In this document: piece by piece, positions 12,896-26,205 of the stretch
Layout: each line of letters opens with the position of its first letter
Numbering within the stretch: the stretch's first letter is position 1
Origin: Octopus sinensis
Taxonomy: Eukaryota
Direction of reading: 5' to 3'
NCBI RefSeq assembly: GCF_006345805.1
Contig: NW_021833698.1
Coordinates: 1 to 64,000, forward strand
Length of the DNA stretch: 64,000 nt
Program-made: the position numbers and the translations under genes
Notes under the pieces: model-generated
Seen by the model: the letters and a program-made list of their open reading frames with translations, nothing else
What the model was told of the DNA's origin: nothing
Databases searched by the model: none

Positions 12896-13444
12896 AGATA
12901 GTGGTGTGATAATTTTTGCGCAATATCCGTCTGTTATTTCTAATTGATCCTCGTGTTTGTTAAATATGTCCACACACATAGATAGGCAGCTGGTAACGCA
13001 ATATCTTTCAGACATTGGTCGTAATAACGTTTAAGGTTGCAAAAATAACTTGAAATACTAACAGTATATCTTGAGAAATACGTTTACCTACACAAAGACG
13101 GCAGATGGTTATGCGATATGATTAACAGCAGCCATTGTAATATCATAATGTGCGAATTCTCTCGACATAATATCCAGGTATATTGAGAAACACGTTGGCG
13201 CATATAGATACAACCAACAATGCGGTTCATGCTAACAAAAGAACTTCTATGTGATTGTTCAATTTGCTAGAAATATCAGCCAAATATGTTTCAAATAACA
13301 CACAATCGTCTTAGAAAATGAAAACAGATTTGGTACGGTTGTGTTGTTGCATCTATTAACTTCTACTTGTTTTGGTCACTGGACTACGGCTACGGTGAGG
13401 AATCATCTTCAAGGGTTTAGTATAAGAAATTGACTTGATTACTC

Positions 13445-13474
13445 TATTTGTTGTTGTTGTTGTTGCTGTTGTTG

Positions 13475-13520
<46 letters not shown>

Positions 13521-13535
13521 TACTACTAATACTAC

Positions 13536-13595
<60 letters not shown>
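13445..13595. repeat. (GTT)n-(ATT)n microsatellite; a second (ATT)n lies at ~13860-13925
   Basis: Direct inspection; explains the poly-I, poly-L and poly-N ORFs. Confidence 0.95.
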
Positions 13596-13861
13596 GTTTT
13601 TTCCTTCTTTCTTCATATTTTCTTCCGTTTCTCGCAGAGTGTTTTCCATACACCTAGGGCAGAGAAGGGCATTGTATGCATTCCCAGATTACACGCGCAA
13701 ATTCACAGGTAAAATATGTATTTAAAAATTAATAAATAAATAAATTCATGGATGGATGTTATTTTCACAGCGATAGTGCTCTTCTCAGTACATGAGCCGT
13801 TCCAGTTAATACGATTTTTTGCACTTCCTGTAGGGATGGTAAGCCTGGAATCATTTTCGAA

Positions 13862-13921
<60 letters not shown>

Positions 13922-14084
13922 CATCATTGTATCTGGTAGTTACTCTATCGGTTTATTCTATTGAACCGCTAATTGACGAGGACTTAAACATACAGAAACC
14001 AAACTGAAACCGGTCATCAAGCAAGGTTGGTGGGACAAACACAAACACTACGACACACACACATATAAACAAGCACACACTTCG

Positions 14085-14120
<36 letters not shown>

Positions 14121-14520
14121 CACATATATCTTTTATATTTTACTTGTCCAAGTCATTACACTGCAGCCATGCCGGAGCACCGCCTTGACGAATTTTTAGT
14201 CGAACTTACCTCAGTTCTCGTTATCATTTTATGCCTGGAATTTACACTCGCAGTCTCTTTTGTTGAACCGCTAAAATACAGAGACGTAATCACACCAGGA
14301 CCAAATGTGTAATGGTGGCGGTGACAATCACAGAAAGAACGGCACACACGTACACACACACACATGTATATATGTATATACTTATACATACATATATATA
14401 TACATACGCACATATATATATACGTATGTGTGTATGTATATATATATATATACATATGTATGTATGTATTTGTATATATATATATGTATATATACATAGT
14501 TGGGGGGAGATTATATATAT

Positions 14521-14579
<59 letters not shown>

Positions 14580-14596
14580 CTATATATACTTATATA

Positions 14597-14636
<40 letters not shown>

Positions 14637-15366
14637 GACACGAACGCAAACCATCCGGACAGACGATACAAAGAAAAGAAGGGACGTGTCATCTGGAGTT
14701 TTCTTTTCGTCTGTCGAGTTCCAGATTATCTTTGCAATTATCTTTCTATAACAAATATATTATAACAAGTTCCAGATTGTCTTTGCAATTTTGACTGGTT
14801 ATACATGCAATTGCTCCAATCTGGCCAGCCCCAAGGAAAATTGAAGCTAAGAGCTTTAGATTCCTTGGAAGAGAGCAGCGAATGTGTACGAAAACTAGGA
14901 CGGAAAATAAAAACGGAGAAATGTTACACAAATACAAATGCAAATAGCAGGACATAACAACATGGGTCTTTCGACTAAGGACGAATTAAATTAAGCTGGC
15001 GTGTGTGGAAGTGAAGCCTTACGGCAGGGACATACGTTTTTGACAAGCACAGGGGGGAATATAGATGTTGCACGGATGGTAGTCGAACCAAGAAAGGTCA
15101 AGTTTGGCCGAACACATGTCACGTGGGTAGAGAAGAGAGAGAGGTAGAGGCAGAGGGATAGAAGAATTAAGGAAGGGCGAGAAAAAATGAAAGGGACAGA
15201 GTGAAGTGAAAGAGGGGGGAAAGTGAGCATGAAGAGAAGGCCAGGAAATGTGAGAGAGGGGGAACGAACGAACAAACAGTTGAATGAACGAAGCAAGTGT
15301 GGAAGGGCTGATAGAAAGAAGGAAAGAGTAAAATAATAGAAAGAATAATAGAGTCGTACAAAATTG

Positions 15367-15667
15367 ATGTTTTGCGTTCTTGTCCCATTTTTGTATTTTT
15401 ATAATCAAAATATAGCGTACGTACACTTTGTCTCTTATATGTAAGTATATATTATATATATAATATTATTATATATATATATTGTAAGTATATATATATA
15501 TATATATATAGATATATATATATATATATATATAGATATATATATATATATAGATATATATAGATATATATTATATATATATATACTTACATATAAGAGA
15601 ACAAAGTGTACGTACGCTATATTTTTATTATAAAAAATACAAAAATGGAACAAGAACGCAAAACATC
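15367..15667. repeat. AT-centred inverted repeat (~90-bp arms)
   Basis: Left arm 'gatgttttgcgttcttgtccc...tatagcgtacgtacactttgtctcttatatgtaagta' is the reverse complement of right arm 'tacttacatataagagaacaaagtgtacgtacgctata...ggaacaagaacgcaaaacatc'; the spacer is (TA)n-like. Confidence 0.92.
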
Positions 15668-16341
15668 CAGGCAATTAGGTGATACAAAAGGGACAACAAG
15701 ACATCCAGACAGACGATATATATATATATATGTGTAATGCTGGGGAAAATAAAAGGTTTATCATGGTTGTAGTGGCATTAATTATAGGTCTACTGGAACT
15801 GAACTGTATTGGAGCTAAGCAGCAACACCATAGCAACACAATTGGTCGTTATATTATATTTGTTATAGAAAATTCTTTCCCGGAATCATTCAATTCTTCT
15901 GTCAGACCAATGTAATTTAGAAATGTCTTTATCCATGTCGAGGGCTGCATTAACTTGAAGCCATGAAAACTAATTTGAATAATGCGCCTGCAGGAATTAC
16001 TCGCTCAGAAATCTTTGGGAATTTTTTGTGTTGTTTTGATTGTTTTGTTTTGTTTTGTTTTGTTTGTTGGTGGGGGAGTATTTTATGGTAGGGGTTCTGC
16101 TACCGCTGCAGGTGTTCTTTTAATTTGAACCCCATCCCTTGTGCACTCATTGATCAGAGCTATAGCTCAAGATATCCCGGGTGTGGTCATTTCATCTTTA
16201 CACATACATATACAGACGCACATAAATATGTATGCATAATTTTGTGCGTATATACATATGTATATGTCTAGTGCCTATAAATATATATATATATATATAG
16301 TATAATAGCAAAAGTATATGTATAGCATATATATATGCATA

Positions 16342-16722
16342 GGTGCAGGTGTGGGTGTGTGGTAAGGAGCTTGCTTACCAACCACATGCTTCTGGGTTCA
16401 GTGCCACTGCGTGGCACCTTGGGAAGTGTTTTCTACAATAGAACCGGTCCCACCAAAGCCTTGTCAGTGGATTTTTCAGACGGAAACTGAAAGAAGCTCG
16501 TCGTATATGTCTGTGTGTGTGTGGTGTGTGTGTGTATGTGTATGCATGCTTGTGTGTCTTTGTTTGTCCTCCCACCATCGATTGACAGCCGATGTTGGGG
16601 TGTTTACGTCCCCGTAACTTAACGATTCGTCAAAAGACACCGATAGAATAAGTACTAGGCTCGATTGGTTCGACTAAAGGCGGAGCTCCAGCATGCCCGC
16701 AGTCAAATGACTGAAACAAGTA
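16342..16722 (+). mobile_element. SINE family B, full length with internal (TG)n
   Basis: tRNA-like head, 'caccttgggaagtg', internal microsatellite, tail ending 'gcagtcaaatgactgaaacaagta'. Confidence 0.9.
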
Positions 16723-16767
16723 GGAAGAAAAAAAATAAAAGAATCAAAGAATATATAATATTATATA

Positions 16768-16817
<50 letters not shown>

Positions 16818-17858
16818 TATATATATAATACACACACACACACATACAGAGAGCAACTATATAAACAGGAAGACAAATGAAAATTATATATAAAAAAAAA
16901 ATTTTTTTTTTTTTTTAATATAATTTTCATTTGTCTTGCCCGCCTAATTGTTCTGGTGTCCGCTGAATTTTCCTCTAGAGAACATTCTTTTCTTTGTAGA
17001 TTGATCGTTGATGATCTATTTCTAGCATACGGCCGACTACCTAGTGGTCTTGCCCTTTGAATATACACGTGTATTAGAATTTTCTCTGATTTTTCAGATT
17101 TTTGTATGCTAGGCTACTGGTTTTAAATTGATATTAATTAAATTAATATTAAATATATCTCCCTCATTATTTAAATATATATATATATAATATATATATA
17201 TATAATATATATATATATAATATATATATAATGCACACACACACACATACAGAGAGCAACTATATAAACAGGAATAATTTTGCTATTTCCCCGTAGATTG
17301 AAACGCTGATAGAAACACCCTTAATCGATTTTCGTATGTTATTCAGTTTTCATCAGACGCTTCTACATCAATTTGACCAATCCGTGACAAGCAAATTGCC
17401 AATCTGCATGTATACTCAACAATTATAGTCGAAACAGAAAACCAGCGCTATTAATTTGTATGCCGTGGGTATTAACAGTTTATTTTTAGGTATCAGGGTT
17501 CTATCAACGGGGATCTTAGTCCAGACAACATCAAGGTACATGATATATGTATATGCAGACACACACACATATATATATATAGATATAGATATATACACAC
17601 ACACATATATATATATATGTGTATGTGTATGCAGCAATAAGAAAATGGAGGGGATCAAGAGGTGGTATTCATCAAATTTTAGACATTATATTATGTCTAT
17701 TTATTTATTAAAAAAAAACAATTATAACAATATACATACATGTATAACAATATACATACATGTATAACATATTATGCTTTACATATATAATATATAAAAT
17801 GTAAAAATACCAGTAATTATTAAAATATATAACGTAGAGCATAGAAGGCAGGATAGTA

Positions 17859-17980
17859 TCTTACAGCTGTTTCAGTCAAGAGGCCATAGTACCCCACTTA
17901 ATTTCTATCCCTTCAGTGAGCTGAAGTATTTGGTAGATACGATTAAGGTACTTGGGTGTGCCTCGGGGCTTCGTCAAAGA
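17859..17980 (-). ncRNA. Type I hammerhead-ribozyme-like fold, C3U variant (left arm)
   Basis: Minus strand: UCU-UUGACGA-[AGCCCCGAGG...CCUCUUGACU]-GAAAC-AGCU-GUA-AGA. Confidence 0.55.
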
Positions 17981-18731
17981 GTTTAGAAAGTTCATAAGGT
18001 TAAGTTATGAATATAAATACATACATATATATATACATTTTTACAAAGGTATTAATATAAACTCTAACCTACTTATTGTGGACCGCTACCTCAAGCCCTC
18101 AATAGAAAACATACCGCATGTTTATATATATAAAAATATATATATATATTATATATTAATATGTGTGTGTGTGTGTGGTGTGTGTGTGTGTGTTTCTGTA
18201 CAGTTGTATGTTTGTCATATGCATATGTTTGTTATATGTGTACATATACATATATATGAGTGTGTGTGTGTGTGTTTGTGTATAATTATAATTATATAAA
18301 AAGAAAAATACAAACTACTAGAGTAATCCTCCCTTCTCAACACAGGAAATATGTATGTAACTATGTGTATGTTTGTGCGTAAATATATATACATATGCAT
18401 ATATGTGTGTACGTATAGATGTGTATATATATATGTATTCCTCATTTATATACCTTTTCATTCCTACATAACTACAATAATCTTAAGATATATTGATTAT
18501 TTAAATTCCACTATTATTTCTCTTTTGATATTTTTTCTTCCCTCTGTTTATACTTTCTCTAATAATAATAAGCATAATACACCTAATAATAATAATAATT
18601 GATTCCTTTGTATGCATATACATATACATGTAAACGTATAGACATGTATTTATGTATAAGCATATATATGTAAAATTGTATATATATGTATGTATTTATA
18701 TTTATAACTTAACCTTATGAACCTTCTAAAC

Positions 18732-18838
18732 TCTCTGACGAAGCCCAGAGGCACACCCAAGTACCTTAATCTTATCTACCAAATACTTACAGAAGTAAAG
18801 TGGGTTAATATGTCCTCTTGACTGAAACAGCTGTAAGA
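18732..18838 (+). ncRNA. Type I hammerhead ribozyme fold with canonical core and large loop 2
   Basis: UCU-CUGACGA-[AGCCCAGAGG..~60 nt..CCUCUUGACU, 8/10 pairs]-GAAAC-AGCU-GUA-AGA. Stem I is UCU/AGA; stem III is AC/GU with a palindromic AGCU loop. Confidence 0.7.
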
Positions 18839-19289
18839 TACTATCCTACCTTCTATGTTCTACGTTATATATTTTAATAATTACTGCTTATTTTTATATT
18901 TTATATATTAGATATGTAAAGCATAATATGTTATACATGTATGTATATTGTTATAATTGTTTTTTTTTTAATAAATAAATAGACATACTATAATGTCTAA
19001 AAGTTAATGGATACCACCTCTTGATCCCCTCCATTTTCTTATTGCTGTATAAATTAATGGTAAAACAACAGTTTACCCTCACCCATTTATTACATTCAGT
19101 AATGTAATTACCATACAATGAAGAAACACTTGTGTATTAATAATTGGGTATTCTACTAGCAGTATATTGGATAGATATTATCCCTTAGTTGGTTGGATTC
19201 ACAACTTCTAAATCTCTTGGAATATATATTTATTATAATATATATATATATATAGATATATATATATATATATAATTATATTCTTTTAT

Positions 19290-19480
19290 CTTTACTGTTT
19301 CAGTCATTTGATTGCGGCCATGCTGGAGCACCGCCTTTTAGTCGAACAAAGAACCCCAGGACTTATTCTTGTAAGCCTCGTACTTATTTATCGGTTTTCT
19401 TTTTTACCGAACCGCTAGATTACATGGTCTCCAACATCGGTTGTCAAGTGATGATGGGGGGGGGGCAAAACACAGACACA
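19290..19480 (-). mobile_element. SINE family B tail
   Basis: 'tgtttcagtcatttgattgcggccatgctggagcaccgcc...gaaccgctag'. Confidence 0.85.
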
Positions 19481-19540
19481 CAAACATATACATATACGCA
19501 CACACACACACACCACACACACATATATATATACATATAC

Positions 19541-19583
<43 letters not shown>

Positions 19584-19959
19584 ATATCTATATATATATA
19601 TATATATGAAAAAGGGGTGTAGGCCAGTTTATGGGATTACACTAGGTTTCCCGTCCATAAAGGACCTCTTCAAATATATATATAGAGAGAGAGGGGGAGG
19701 GAGAGAGAGGAAAGTGAGTATGGGAGAGACAAACTCACTCACAGACACATGCGCACACATGCACAGACATATCATTCTCATTGTAGCTGTCGCTGTCTTC
19801 ATCATCATCATCATCATCATCATGACCATTGTTTGTTGAGACAGAGAGTGATCTGCTCATGTTTTCTTTTGTCTATCGATCTTCTTCAATATCCATTGCC
19901 TATAAGCAATCGATATTGTACTCTGCACATCCTAAATTTCTACAACTCTACAGACACGC

Positions 19960-20017
<58 letters not shown>

Positions 20018-20784
20018 ACAAATACACACCCACATGCGCACGCAGTACACACACTCACACACACATAAACATTTACAGGTGTTCAGAACCATTCATTAAG
20101 GGTTGACTTTCGATTCGTCAGCTCTTTTGGTATCATCTTCAAACAGACCATTTCTAGCAGTCTTTTGTGTACTTTTCATTTTTGTGACCAGAATATCGGT
20201 AATTTCTATAGAATTCTTGAAATATCCGTTTGTCCCAGATGGACAGAGCTGTACAATCGCTGCTTCTGAATTAATTCCGAAACTGTCAGCTGGAAATAGC
20301 GAATACATTGATTGTCGTCATTTCGCAGACGGTTAATCCGCCATACCTGAAGCATTCCGGGAAGAATATCTCTACTAAAAGACTTCCAGCCTCTCTCAAG
20401 TAATGTTCTTGATTCTTCACAATATTTCAAGCAAAAAATACAAATGGCTGCTAAAAGTGTATTTCCATTGTATAAATGAGAAATTTTGTGCTTTCTAAAA
20501 TATGACCGTATCCAGTCCTTCTCACTAGAACCATCCCTTTGAAATCTTATTTTTGTTCATGTCTAATTAACAGATGTTCATTTGCACTAGTTTAAACGGA
20601 GCTCACCGGATTGGAAGGTCCTGCAAACTTCCTGGACACAAACATCTTTATTCAGCTGGCATTAAAAAGGCGTTAGGTGTGTTTTTACGTAGTCTTTGTT
20701 CCTGCTGAAAACAGACGCCAAATCATTCTTCAGTTACATTTAATTGTGTTCTTGGATGTCTCCTAAATACACTGTAACAGACAC

Positions 20785-21095
20785 TCTGTCGGTTGCGACG
20801 GTGAGGGTTCCAGTTGATACGATCAACGGAACAGCTTGGTCGTGAAATTAACCTGCAAGCGGCTGAGCATTCCACAGACATGCGTACCCTTAACGTCGTT
20901 CTCAGGGAGGTTCAGTGTGACACAGGACATCATTGGGCTGACCCTTTGAAATACAGGTACTGCTCGCTTTTGTCTGCTGAGTAGGCTGGAACAACATGAA
21001 ATAAAGTGTCTTACTCAAGAATACAACGCTCCACCAGGAATCGAACTCGCAACCATACGATCGTGAGTCGAATACTGTAACCACTAAGCCACGAT
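20785..21095 (-). mobile_element. tRNA-derived CORE-like SINE
   Basis: Minus strand head 'gtggcttagtggttacagtattcgactcacgatcg...gagttcgattcc', CORE-like 'ttcttgagtaagacactttatttc', and a distinct 3' tail. Confidence 0.75.
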
Positions 21096-21207
21096 GCTTC
21101 ACAGATACACTGCATCACAGTATAATACAGGCTGGTCGCTTCTGGAAACCTCTTCGGTCATAAATCAGCTCGGTCAGAACTGAACTGAGCTAAATAACAG
21201 CAGTAGT

Positions 21208-21540
21208 TCATCATCATCCAAGTCAGGTGTCGCACTATGCGATGCTGTGGTCATCACGATGTCTTGCCACCTTTTCCTGTCTTTTACCCTCATGGACAGC
21301 TGAGAATAAAGACAATCGTGTAGCTGCGATGTCTTTCAGCCAAGAAGTGGGTGGTCAGCCTCTTTTACGCCTGGCGCTCATCTTGCCAATTATGTTCGTT
21401 CGCTCAAGTCTATCCTGGCGCATGACGTGGCCAAAGAACCGTGGCTTCCGCTTCATGATGTTTCGCCGAAGCATAATCTCGCAACCGAGCTTTTCTAGTA
21501 CCCAGTTGTTCGTCCTTCTCACCGTCCACGACACTCTAAG
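21208..21540 (-). mobile_element. RTE-clade LINE, 5'-truncated 3' end
   Basis: Minus translation LRVSWTVRRTNNWVLEKL..KRKPRFFGHVMRQDRLERTNIIGKMSARRKRG*PPTSWLKDI matches the RTE C-terminus; ends in a (GAT)n tail. Confidence 0.85.
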
Positions 21541-22069
21541 TAGTAGTTAAGAACGTTAATTTTTATATCTAATATTGTATTAAATTTATATTCTCCTACA
21601 TAAACCCTTGTAATGATGCATTTACTAATCTTCAGTTATATGACAGTAGAATTAATTTCTAAGGAAGATACACGATAGACTTTATTACATATTCAAGTAG
21701 TTATATTTTTGAGAAGTATTCATTTCAAAATGTCCGCTGTTATGAAGTATTCAATGTTTGTCGTGATTCTGAAGGTTTAGAAACGCCTTGCCGATGGTTT
21801 TCAGTTAGATTCTGAATTACATTTGTTGTTATAGATCGTATCTTTCGTAGAAAGATGTTTAATTGAATATACATTATGCAGTAATAAGTTTTTACTTGTC
21901 TACTTAAAGTTGAAAAACTACTAAACGTTTTAACAAATTTATAAAATTAAACAATTGTAAGTAATTTTTGATTTAAGACACAAAAATAATGCATCACGTT
22001 TCTAAATATTTTTACAAAATAATTCTATCATATTGGCTTCAAATTTTTTGCACAAAGCTGGAAATTTGA

Positions 22070-22380
22070 GGTTACATCGACCCCAGTGCTTAACTGGTAT
22101 TTAATTCATCGTCATTGAAATGACGGAGAGCAAAGTCAACCTCGGCGAAATTTAAACTCACAGCGTGAGGAGGGATGAAATGACGCTAATCTTTTCCCCC
22201 CGGCATGCTAAATATTTTTTTGTACTCTAGGCACAAGGACCAGTCGATTAGATCGACCCCAGTACATATCTGGTACTTAATTTACCGACCTCGGCGGAAT
22301 TTGAACTCAGAACGTATAGACAGACGAAATATCGCTAAGCATTTCGCCCTGCGTGCTAACGATACAGCCAGCTCGCCGCC
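22070..22380 (-). mobile_element. Two degraded SINE family A units
   Basis: 'catcgaccccagtg...caaagtcaacctcggcgaaattt' and 'ctcggcggaatttgaactcagaacg...gccagctcgccgcc'. Confidence 0.8.
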
Positions 22381-22399
22381 TTTAATAATTCTATTATAT

Positions 22400-22810
22400 T
22401 CTTGTATTCATTCATTTATTTCACTCATGGATTTACGGCCATGCTGGGGCAACGCCTTTGAGGGTTTAGTTGAACAAATAGCCCCCACTACTTATTTTTT
22501 AATCTTGGTTATTATTCTATCGCTAAGTAGTGGCGACGTAAACAAACTAACACCGGCTGTGAAGCGGTGGCGGGATAAAAACAAACACATACACATACAC
22601 ACATATATATATACACACATATACACACAGACGCACGCACATACACACGCAGAATTTTATGATGGACATTCACGCAGTTTACGCCTTCTAAATCACACAC
22701 AAGGCATTAGCCAACCTGGGGCTATAGTAGAAGACATTTGCTCAAGATGCCGCGGAGGGGAACTGAAATCGAAACCAAGTGGATGCAAAGCAAGTTTGTT
22801 AATTTCGCTA
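22400..22810 (-). mobile_element. SINE family B, degraded full-length copy
   Basis: Tail 'cggccatgctggggcaacgcc', internal (CA)n, head 'ggctatagtagaagacatttgctcaag'. Confidence 0.7.
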
Positions 22811-22818
22811 CCTGAGCT

Positions 22819-22850
<32 letters not shown>

Positions 22851-22937
22851 GTGTGTATGCGTGCGCTCATGTGTGATGCAGAGAGAAAGAGAGAGAGAGA
22901 AAAAGAGACAGAAGGAAAGATAAATAGATAGATAAAC

Positions 22938-22982
<45 letters not shown>

Positions 22983-22984
22983 GC

Positions 22985-23044
<60 letters not shown>

Positions 23045-23684
23045 CTTACTTATACATGTATATACATATATATATAGATATTCATAAACATATGTGTGTA
23101 TATATATATATATATGTGTGTGTGTGTATGTATTTATGTATATAGAGTGTTAGACATTTTTCGTTTCCTTTTTGAATATTTTATTGTTTTTTTTTGTTTT
23201 TTTTTTTGCCATCCTAGTCTAAACTCCTGTTATGCAGTAATTGGTTTGTCCTCGCTTTCTAAATTGAATCCATAAGAAACTACCCGCAACATCAGCAACA
23301 ACAACAACAACAACAACACTGTTTTTTTCCCCTAAAAAAGACAAAAAACGAAACGAAACGCATAGCAAACGAAGCAATTAAACAGAAGAAAATTATTTTC
23401 TTTTCTGGAATCCGACGAATTTTACAAACCAATTTCTTCAGCTTGTTGTTGTGCTTCTGGTAGATGCTGCTGCTGTTGTTGTTGTTGCTGTTGCCGTTGT
23501 TGTTGTTGTTGTTGGAGGAGTTGTTGTTGTTGTTGTTGGAGGAGTTGTTGTTGTTGTTATTGTTGTTGTTGTTCGTCTTCTTGGAATTGTAACGTTCATC
23601 CTTCCTTCAATGATTTATTTCCAAAAATTTCTTTGTTTTAAAAGAGAGAAAATAGGAGTAACTTTGAAGTGTGTGTGTGTGTGT

Positions 23685-23731
<47 letters not shown>

Positions 23732-24019
23732 GTGTATGCGAGAAGGAGAGAGAGTATGTATATGTCTGTGTATGTGCTAAGAATATATGTCGGTCTTCTG
23801 AGTATATATGCACTCATATATCCACACATACATACACACATACACACAAACACACGACAAACGAACACATGCATACAAATATATATATATATATATGCAT
23901 ATATATATATATACATATATATATGTGTGTGTGTGTGTATACTTATATATATATATATATAAATGTAAATATATATACAAATATAAATATATATATATAG
24001 ATATCTACTTATCTATCTC

Positions 24020-24050
<31 letters not shown>

Positions 24051-24497
24051 CTAAATATCTATAATATATATTATATTATATATATGTGTGTGTGTGTGTG
24101 TGTATATATATGTCATTTATTAGAACGACAACAGAGTGTCATTTGGATAACTAGAGGTGTAACATAGACATATGTGAGTGGGTTGGGTTTTTTTCTTTAT
24201 ATTTTTTTCTGTAATTTTTCCCATGTCTATCATACATCTATATTTATCGAAGGCAAAAACAAAAGACATACGTTGCTTTGTTTGAGTTTAATTAATCAAT
24301 AGACGTTGCCAAATATTGCATTGTTATCAGAATTAATGTAGAAAACAAAATTTTGTTCTATCCGAGACGTTGGATATCTTATATATTAATATATAAACAC
24401 ATGTGCTTTTTGAGCGTATGCGTGGGCATACATATGAGTGGACAAACGAAAGAAAGTTGGTTTGAACGCTTTTGGCTGGAGTTATGTATATTATTCA

Positions 24498-24628
24498 GTA
24501 ACAATTTGACTCAGCTTCCTGCTACTTAAAGTTTCGTAGGTTCGCAGAATGAACTTGACTCCTCGGGCATCAAGTGACAGACTCTCTCTAAAATCTCGAA
24601 GTTAATTTGAGTCGAGTCAAACTGTTAC
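24498..24628. mobile_element. MITE-like element with 15-bp terminal inverted repeats
   Basis: 'gtaacaatttgactc' ... 'gagtcaaactgttac' (14/15 match); non-coding interior. Confidence 0.6.
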
Positions 24629-24695
24629 AAAGTAATATGTATGTGTGTGTGCTATATATATAGATAGATAGATAGATAGACACACACAAAAACAT

Positions 24696-24736
<41 letters not shown>

Positions 24737-24755
24737 GTATACACATGTTTGTATA

Positions 24756-24900
24756 GGCGGGTGGGGTGGCTGTGTGGTAAGAAGTTTCCGGGTTCAGTCC
24801 CACTGCGTGCTACCTTGGGTGAGTGTCTTCTACGATAAGCCTCAGGCCGACCGAAGATTTTAGAGCGGATTAGGTAGACTGAAACTGAAAAAACCTGTCG

Positions 24901-24957
<57 letters not shown>

Positions 24958-25165
24958 ATGTATGTATGTATGTATGTATGTATGTATGTATGTATGTATG
25001 TATGTATGTATGAATATATGTATGTATATACATGTGTTGTGTGTGTGTGTGTGTGTTTTGCACCCTCCTCCAGCCATCACTTGACAACCGACGCTGGTGT
25101 GTTCAGGTCTCCGCAACATGGCAGTTCGACAAAAAAGAGACAATGGAATAAGTACTAGGCTTTCA
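24756..25165 (+). mobile_element. SINE family B with expanded internal (TG)n(TATG)n
   Basis: Head 'ggtggctgtgtggtaag..ccgggttcagtccc', ~170-bp internal microsatellite, tail truncated after 'aataagtactaggctt'. Confidence 0.88.
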
Positions 25166-25644
25166 AAAAATTAGGTTCAAGTCTTTAAGCCTTTGCCTAT
25201 GTTTACCCACACACACAGACAGAGACACAAACACATTCATATGTATGTGTGCGCGCACACCAGTAAACATTCACGCACACATGTGCCCATCCAAACGCAC
25301 TCATACACACGTATACAGATACATACATACATACATACATACATACATACATACATACATACATACATACATACATACGTACGTACGTACGTACGTACAG
25401 AAAGACATCGGTCATCCTGTCAACAGGCTCAGACCTTCGCTCACACACGTACACATACGATCGCCCATATGCTATAAACAATCCTATTTACGCTAAGTTC
25501 AGTGCAGTACGATGCCGAAACGATGGTTGTGCTAATAACCTTTTCTAGTTACACTCCGTCTTCAGTATTAATCTTTTAAATGTGAGCGTGTGTGTATGTG
25601 CGCGCGCATGCATGTGTGTGTGCGTCTGTGTGTGTGTGTGGTAT

Positions 25645-25709
<65 letters not shown>

Positions 25710-25737
25710 GCGCGTGCGTGTGTGTGTGTGCGTGTGT

Positions 25738-26043
25738 GGAGGCGCAATGGCCCAGCGGTTAGGGCAGCGGACTCGCAGTCGTAGGATCGCGGTTTCGATT
25801 CCCAGACAGGGCGTTGTGAGTATTTATTGAGCGAAAACACCTAAAGCTCCACGAGTCTCCGGCAGGGGGTGGTGATCCCTGCTGTACTCTTTCGCCACAA
25901 CTTTCTCTCACTTTTTCTTCTGTTGGCCTACTCGCTTAGCCAGCGGGGTGGCATCACTTGATGTCTAAAACAATGCGAAGCGCTTTGTGACGAGCGATGT
26001 GTAGCAACATCTGATAGCCTGGTCGGTCACGTGATCATGTGAT
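25738..26043 (+). mobile_element. tRNA-derived SINE family C, full length
   Basis: A-box 'tggcccagcggttag', B-box 'ggtttcgattccc', body 'ttgagcgaaaacacctaaagctccacg', tail 'ggtcacgtgatcatgtgat' running into (TA)n. Confidence 0.88.
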
Positions 26044-26145
26044 ATATCTATATAATATATGTGTATATATATTTATCATATATGTATATAATGTATATAT
26101 ATATTTTATTCATATATATATATATGTATGTATGTATTTATGATG

Positions 26146-26204
<59 letters not shown>

Positions 26205-26205
<1 letters not shown>

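Larger units (their letters stand above)
17630..19050. repeat. Long inverted repeat (arms ~17630-18045 and ~18669-19050), probably an inverted PLE terminal repeat
   Basis: 'cagcaataagaaaatggaggggatcaagaggtgg...' pairs with '...ccacctcttgatcccctccattttcttattgctg'. Arms are colinear over ~400 bp and each carries a hammerhead fold. Confidence 0.92.

Noticed and set aside
14770-14957. Plus frame PDCLCNFDWLYMQLL.. resembling an LRR C-terminal cap
   Set aside because: Weak splice signals, an upstream stop, and it begins in a short local duplication.
25738-25815. tRNA genes at SINE heads
   Set aside because: A and B boxes are present, but there is no complete cloverleaf and the heads continue into SINE bodies.
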